A stretch of 63,947 nt of DNA, the filler included. It is 5 parts of 5 records of this genome, joined end to end, with 100 filler letters (N's around TTAATTAATTAA, not from the genome) between each part and the next. Parts side by side here need not be neighbours in the genome. Positions count along the whole stretch, not along the records: positions 52,080 to 63,947 come from SRR31156797_10523; 4 more parts are not named here. One strand, given 5' to 3'. Shown here in pieces: positions 60,476-63,947 of the stretch (position 1 is its first letter; each line of letters begins with the position of its first letter). Under the pieces are notes generated by a model, which did not search any database, was not told the DNA's origin, and saw nothing but the letters and a program-made list of their open reading frames with translations. A program made the position numbers and the translations under genes.

Positions 60476-61063
60476 CTATAATTCGTTTCCTGTATCCTGC
60501 ATCTCTTTTAGAATTCTAGCTAAAGCTACTTCCGGATTAAGTTCAGGGTCTAAGATGTGTTTAACATACTCTTCAGCAGATTGCTCTAAGGCTTCTCCCT
60601 CTAGTACTACAGCACTATGTTTTTTGAACGGTGCTAAATATTGCATTTGTGTCAAATTAGCAGTTTGCTGCATAGGTTTTAAAAATTCACTCATTGTAAA
60701 ATTATTATATCCTCCAGCTTGATATGATACTTCAGGTCCTCCAACTGATATTGCAGCTACATACTCCTTGCCTTTTAGTTTATCTCCATTAGGTCCAAAT
60801 GCCCAACCATACTCTAAGACTGTATCTTGCCATTTTCTCATTAGAGGCGGCATATTATACCAATACCAAGGGTATTGAAATACAATTCTATCATGTTGTA
60901 GTAATAGTTCTTGTTCTCTCTCTTTATTGATTTGTTCATCTGGATAATTTAGGTTCAAATTATTAATTGTAATTGACTCATGTTTTTCTAATTCCTCAAT
61001 CCACCTTTTGTTTACTTTTGAATCTTTATAATTAGGGTGAGCCGTAATTACTAATGTTCTCAT
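60476..61063 (-). CDS. Flavodoxin-fold NAD(P)H dehydrogenase (quinone), KefF/YwrO-like
   Basis: AHP..SKVN, EQELLLQHDRIVFQYPWYWY..P.LMRKWQD.V...GWAFG. Confidence 0.92.
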   Translation of the reverse strand: MRTLVITAHPNYKDSKVNKRWIEELEKHESITINNLNLNYPDEQINKEREQELLLQHDRIVFQYPWYWYNMPPLMRKWQDTVLEYGWAFGPNGDKLKGKEYVAAISVGGPEVSYQAGGYNNFTMSEFLKPMQQTANLTQMQYLAPFKKHSAVVLEGEALEQSAEEYVKHILDPELNPEVALARILKEMQDTGNEL

Positions 61064-61104
61064 ATATTTCCACTCCTTTTAATTTTGATATTTTCTCTAA
61101 AAAC

Positions 61105-61179
61105 ATTTGCATATGCAAATTATATCGTATTATTGATTTTTATTCTTGTAAATTATTGAGGAAAAGTTGTATATTATTG
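61105..61179 (-). promoter_or_regulatory. Activator-dependent promoter 1 of the redox cluster
   Basis: CAATAATTTACAAGAAT (61142-61158) ends 17 bp upstream of TATAAT (61119-61124); second half-site 21 bp further upstream; ATTTGCATATGCAAAT palindrome at 61105-61120. Confidence 0.7.
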
Positions 61180-61180
61180 A

Positions 61181-61591
61181 TTAAGATTCAGAAATTGTAT
61201 ATTTTTCAAGCTTTAATTTATTATCCTCATTTTCTTTACTTAGAATCCACTCAATATTTCCATTAACTTCGATTTTATTTCCTTTAGTTTCCCCTTTTTT
61301 TACAGAAGAACCTTCGAAATACATATTGATTTCAGCTTTATATCTATTATCACTGATTTTATCAATAGCTAAATCTTTTATAATATGTTTTCTATCAAGC
61401 AAACTCACAAGAATTTCTGCATACCATGTTTGATATTTTTCAAAACTATCCAGCACTAATGCTCCGTTTTTCATCTCAAACTGATCCCAGTTAATTAAAT
61501 CAACAAACTCATTAATAGAGTCATTAGCATCCATTTTACTGTAATAATTGTTGATGAAATTTATGATTTCATTTCTTTCATTATGATTCAT
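61181..61591 (-). CDS. SnoaL/NTF2-like protein
   Basis: Alpha+beta NTF2-like pattern; clearly homologous to the C-terminal domain of 62618..63613; AAGGAG RBS before 61591. Confidence 0.7.
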   Translation of the reverse strand: MNHNERNEIINFINNYYSKMDANDSINEFVDLINWDQFEMKNGALVLDSFEKYQTWYAEILVSLLDRKHIIKDLAIDKISDNRYKAEINMYFEGSSVKKGETKGNKIEVNGNIEWILSKENEDNKLKLEKYTISES

Positions 61592-61757
61592 ATCTACATC
61601 TCCTTTTAATTGTGTTTTCATGGCTATCCTTTCTTAAGCTTAAACTAGAAAAGTTGCGTGAACATTAGTCCTACGCAACCTTCTTATGAAAAATAATCTT
61701 TATGTTTAATTTTTTTTAAGCTACTGCTTAATATTTATATCAAATTCTTATAATTAT

Positions 61758-62123
61758 TTACATAGTTTCATTGAGCCACTTTTTAGCTTTTGATAAATCC
61801 GTAAAATATTTTTCATTAAATCCAGTGCTCATTTTTCCAGATGTTCTTCTAGAATGAAGTTTAGCAACTATTCCAATTGTTACAACTGCACTTTTTTCAA
61901 TTCTGTTTTTTGTAATTGATCTTAATTCGTCTAAAATTATGTCCGCTTCAGGCGTATGGATACTTACTTTTCGTTGATCAAATAAAACTTTGATTTTTCC
62001 ACTAAACTTATTTAATGAGTTGAGCACATCTTTTTTATATTCTTGTGCTGTGATTTCACTAAAAATTCCATTAATTGTTACAAATAATTCCTTTGACGAT
62101 AAATTTTCTTCAATATGATACAT
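61758..62123 (-). CDS. SpoIIAA/STAS-like small protein
   Basis: VLFDQR...KSAVV...KYFTDLSKAKKWL terminal motif of STAS/SEC14-like proteins. Confidence 0.65.
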   Translation of the reverse strand: MYHIEENLSSKELFVTINGIFSEITAQEYKKDVLNSLNKFSGKIKVLFDQRKVSIHTPEADIILDELRSITKNRIEKSAVVTIGIVAKLHSRRTSGKMSTGFNEKYFTDLSKAKKWLNETM

Positions 62124-62212
62124 ATTTTTCTCCTTTTCTATATGAGTGTTTTATCGTTATGTAATAATTATGTTATAGTTTATAATTTTATAATAACGCC
62201 GAAGCTCTTTTT

Positions 62213-62500
62213 TTATAATGATTTAGTGTAGATATTCATTTCAGTTTCTTTTTCGATTAATTCAGCAAATTTAGGAGCTAATCTTGAGAAATGTTCTGAT
62301 TTTAAATGTGCGTTAAGATTTTCCTGCTTTTCCCACTCTTCAATCATTGTCAAAATATTTTGATTTTCAATATCTTGATGTAGTTCGTATTTAATGCAAC
62401 CCTCTTCTTTTCTTGTTTCTTCAATAAGTTCTTTGCATATTTCTAAAGTATCTTCGATTTTATCGTTTTTGATATAATTTTTCGCAATGACAGTAATCAT
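62213..62500 (-). CDS. Antibiotic-biosynthesis-monooxygenase (putative quinol monooxygenase) family protein
   Basis: TRKEEGCIKYELHQD...IEEWE...HLKSEHF. Confidence 0.9.
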   Translation of the reverse strand: MITVIAKNYIKNDKIEDTLEICKELIEETRKEEGCIKYELHQDIENQNILTMIEEWEKQENLNAHLKSEHFSRLAPKFAELIEKETEMNIYTKSL

Positions 62501-62548
62501 AACTCTATTCTCCTTTTAAAAGTTTATTTTTAAAAAATTATATATTCA

Positions 62549-62609
62549 ATTATATGATTTTTTAGATTTTTATTCTTGTACATTGTTGATAGGAAATTGT
62601 ATAAAATTG
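62549..62609 (-). promoter_or_regulatory. Activator-dependent promoter 2 of the redox cluster
   Basis: CAACAATGTACAAGAAT (62572-62588) ends 17 bp upstream of TATAAT (62549-62554); half-site repeat 21 bp upstream. Confidence 0.7.
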
Positions 62610-62617
62610 CTATTAAT

Positions 62618-63613
62618 TTATTTCATGAAGACTTCATATTTTTGAAGTCTAAAATCTTTAGTATTATCTTCTCTGGCAACAATCCAGTGTATATCACTTA
62701 CCGCTTTTATAGAATCCGGTTTTGCATCTCCTTTTTTCCATGTATTTGCTCTAAAATACATATCCATTATTACTTTATATCTGTTTTCATCGATTTTTTC
62801 TATTTGAATTCTTTCAATTATATGTTTTCTATTAAATACAGAATTAATAACCTCACTGTACCACTCTAAATATTTTTCATAAGTATCAACGAGAAAATTC
62901 CCGTTACTCATTTCAAAGTTTTCCCAGTCGATTAAATCATCAAATTCCTCTATGGGATCACTATTATCTAATTTTTCATAATAATCTAAAATCAATTTCA
63001 TAATATCTTTTTTATCAGCATCATTTCTAGTTACACTGCTATACAAAGAAAATTGCCACATTCTATTAGCCTTACCTAAATATTCTCCGATTTCATAATA
63101 TTCTCTGTCACCATGAGCATAAGCAATTGGATCGATTTTAGCCATATCCGGCATTCCATTTGCTTTTAAATAATCAGTATCAATTTTTACGTCTAGGATT
63201 TCTCCTATAAATAGAGTATGTAGCCCTAATTGATTATCATATTTTACTAATTTACACTCTAAAACTATAGGGAATTCAGCTACATATGGAGCATTAACCA
63301 ATTCACTTTTTATAGGATTAAGGTTAGTTGTTTCAAATTTATTCTCTTTTTTCCCTGAAATAGTACCTACATAATCCATCTCTATAATGTGCTTACGTGA
63401 CGGGATAGAGATAGTAAATGCACCTGTTTCTATGATGCTGTCATGACTATATGTTGCCTGCCTTAACGAAACAGATACCATGCTGGGTTTAGAGTTGACT
63501 ATTCCTGTCCATGATGCAACCATCATATTTGGCACTTCTTGTTTGTCGTATGTTCCAACTACAACTGATGGTAGTGGAAAAAGATATGTTTCTGATCCTA
63601 TTGATTTTTTCAT
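62618..63613 (-). CDS. Flavin reductase (flavoredoxin) fused to a C-terminal SnoaL-like domain
   Basis: FPLPSVVVGT...NMMVASW...GAFTISIP...APYVAEFPIVLECKL...HTLFIGEI, then a ~135-aa SnoaL-like tail. Confidence 0.88.
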   Translation of the reverse strand: MKKSIGSETYLFPLPSVVVGTYDKQEVPNMMVASWTGIVNSKPSMVSVSLRQATYSHDSIIETGAFTISIPSRKHIIEMDYVGTISGKKENKFETTNLNPIKSELVNAPYVAEFPIVLECKLVKYDNQLGLHTLFIGEILDVKIDTDYLKANGMPDMAKIDPIAYAHGDREYYEIGEYLGKANRMWQFSLYSSVTRNDADKKDIMKLILDYYEKLDNSDPIEEFDDLIDWENFEMSNGNFLVDTYEKYLEWYSEVINSVFNRKHIIERIQIEKIDENRYKVIMDMYFRANTWKKGDAKPDSIKAVSDIHWIVAREDNTKDFRLQKYEVFMK

Positions 63614-63651
63614 TTGACACTTCCTTTATATTTAATATTTACATGCGGTTG

Positions 63652-63725
63652 TTGCATGTGCAAATATAATAACATTTTGACTTTATAAATTCTTGTACAT
63701 TATTTAGTAGTTAGGTATAATATTG
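63652..63725 (-). promoter_or_regulatory. Activator-dependent promoter 3 of the redox cluster
   Basis: AAATAATGTACAAGAAT (63689-63705) ends 17 bp upstream of a TG-extended TATTAT (63666-63671); TTGCATGTGCAA palindrome at 63652-63663. Confidence 0.7.
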
Positions 63726-63947
63726 TTAATTTTTTGATTTTGACTTGGAAAATTATATTTGAAACAAAACTTAGGGTTGTATACGATATAAGTTTATGAA
63801 AACTCTAAAAAATAAATGATTGAAAAACAGGAATGGGTAGATGAAAACAATTTTCTTTAGTGTAAGTGCATTGTAAGTATTAGCTATAATTCTAGTTTTG
63901 AATTACTAAATTTTTTAATTAATTTATTTAGAATCGGGTTTATGTCT

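Noticed and set aside
1301-62869. Many short antisense or overlapping ORFs in the track (e.g. 1301..1543, 22795..23202, 25836..26291, 26331..26810, 59509..60072, 13950..14189, 25502..25723)
   Set aside because: Shadow frames of well-supported genes or AT-rich intergenic ORFs without RBS or recognisable motifs

Overview
This is not one locus. It is five unrelated contigs joined by 100-nt N/TTAATTAATTAA/N linkers. (1) 1-18039, Bacteroidota (Marinilabiliales-like): 5' half of rnpB; a T9SS adhesin cassette (3325-aa type-B-CTD adhesin, PorP/SprF, PorE-like TPR-PD40-OmpA protein, SPOR protein); two paralogous helical hypotheticals around an Smr protein; start of queA. (2) 18140-30646, methanogenic archaeon (Methanosarcinaceae-like): pstS-pstC-pstA running directly into a type IV pilus ATPase and two TadC/TadB platform genes, then HEAT-repeat, KaiC/RAD55-like, class III pilin and AbrB-PhoU genes. 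This is a candidate phosphate 'bindosome'. (3) 30747-39812, Arcobacter-like: two-component pair and a T1SS operon (TolC-SPOR, ABC, HlyD), extended by an ankyrin/ZorB-like-OmpA lipoprotein and a WG-repeat lipoprotein. (4) 39913-51979, Arcobacter-like: Septu-like ATPase+HNH pair, AraC/SDR, BASS, Sel1, EamA/TetR/LysE, an unknown HTH protein divergent from prpB. (5) 52080-63947, low-GC anaerobe (Fusobacteriota-like): an MCP, sensor remnants and a redox cluster whose three promoters share one architecture. The most striking feature not explained by ORFs is also in contig 5: a ~720-nt highly structured leader RNA (52932-53655) upstream of an XRE-HTH gene. It contains an intrinsic terminator, a matching antiterminator and an embedded ~75-nt counter-transcribed antisense RNA, i.e. 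plasmid-style antisense attenuation with no rep gene. Taxonomy and family calls come from motif recognition and RNA pairings were read by hand; no database searches or folding programs were run.
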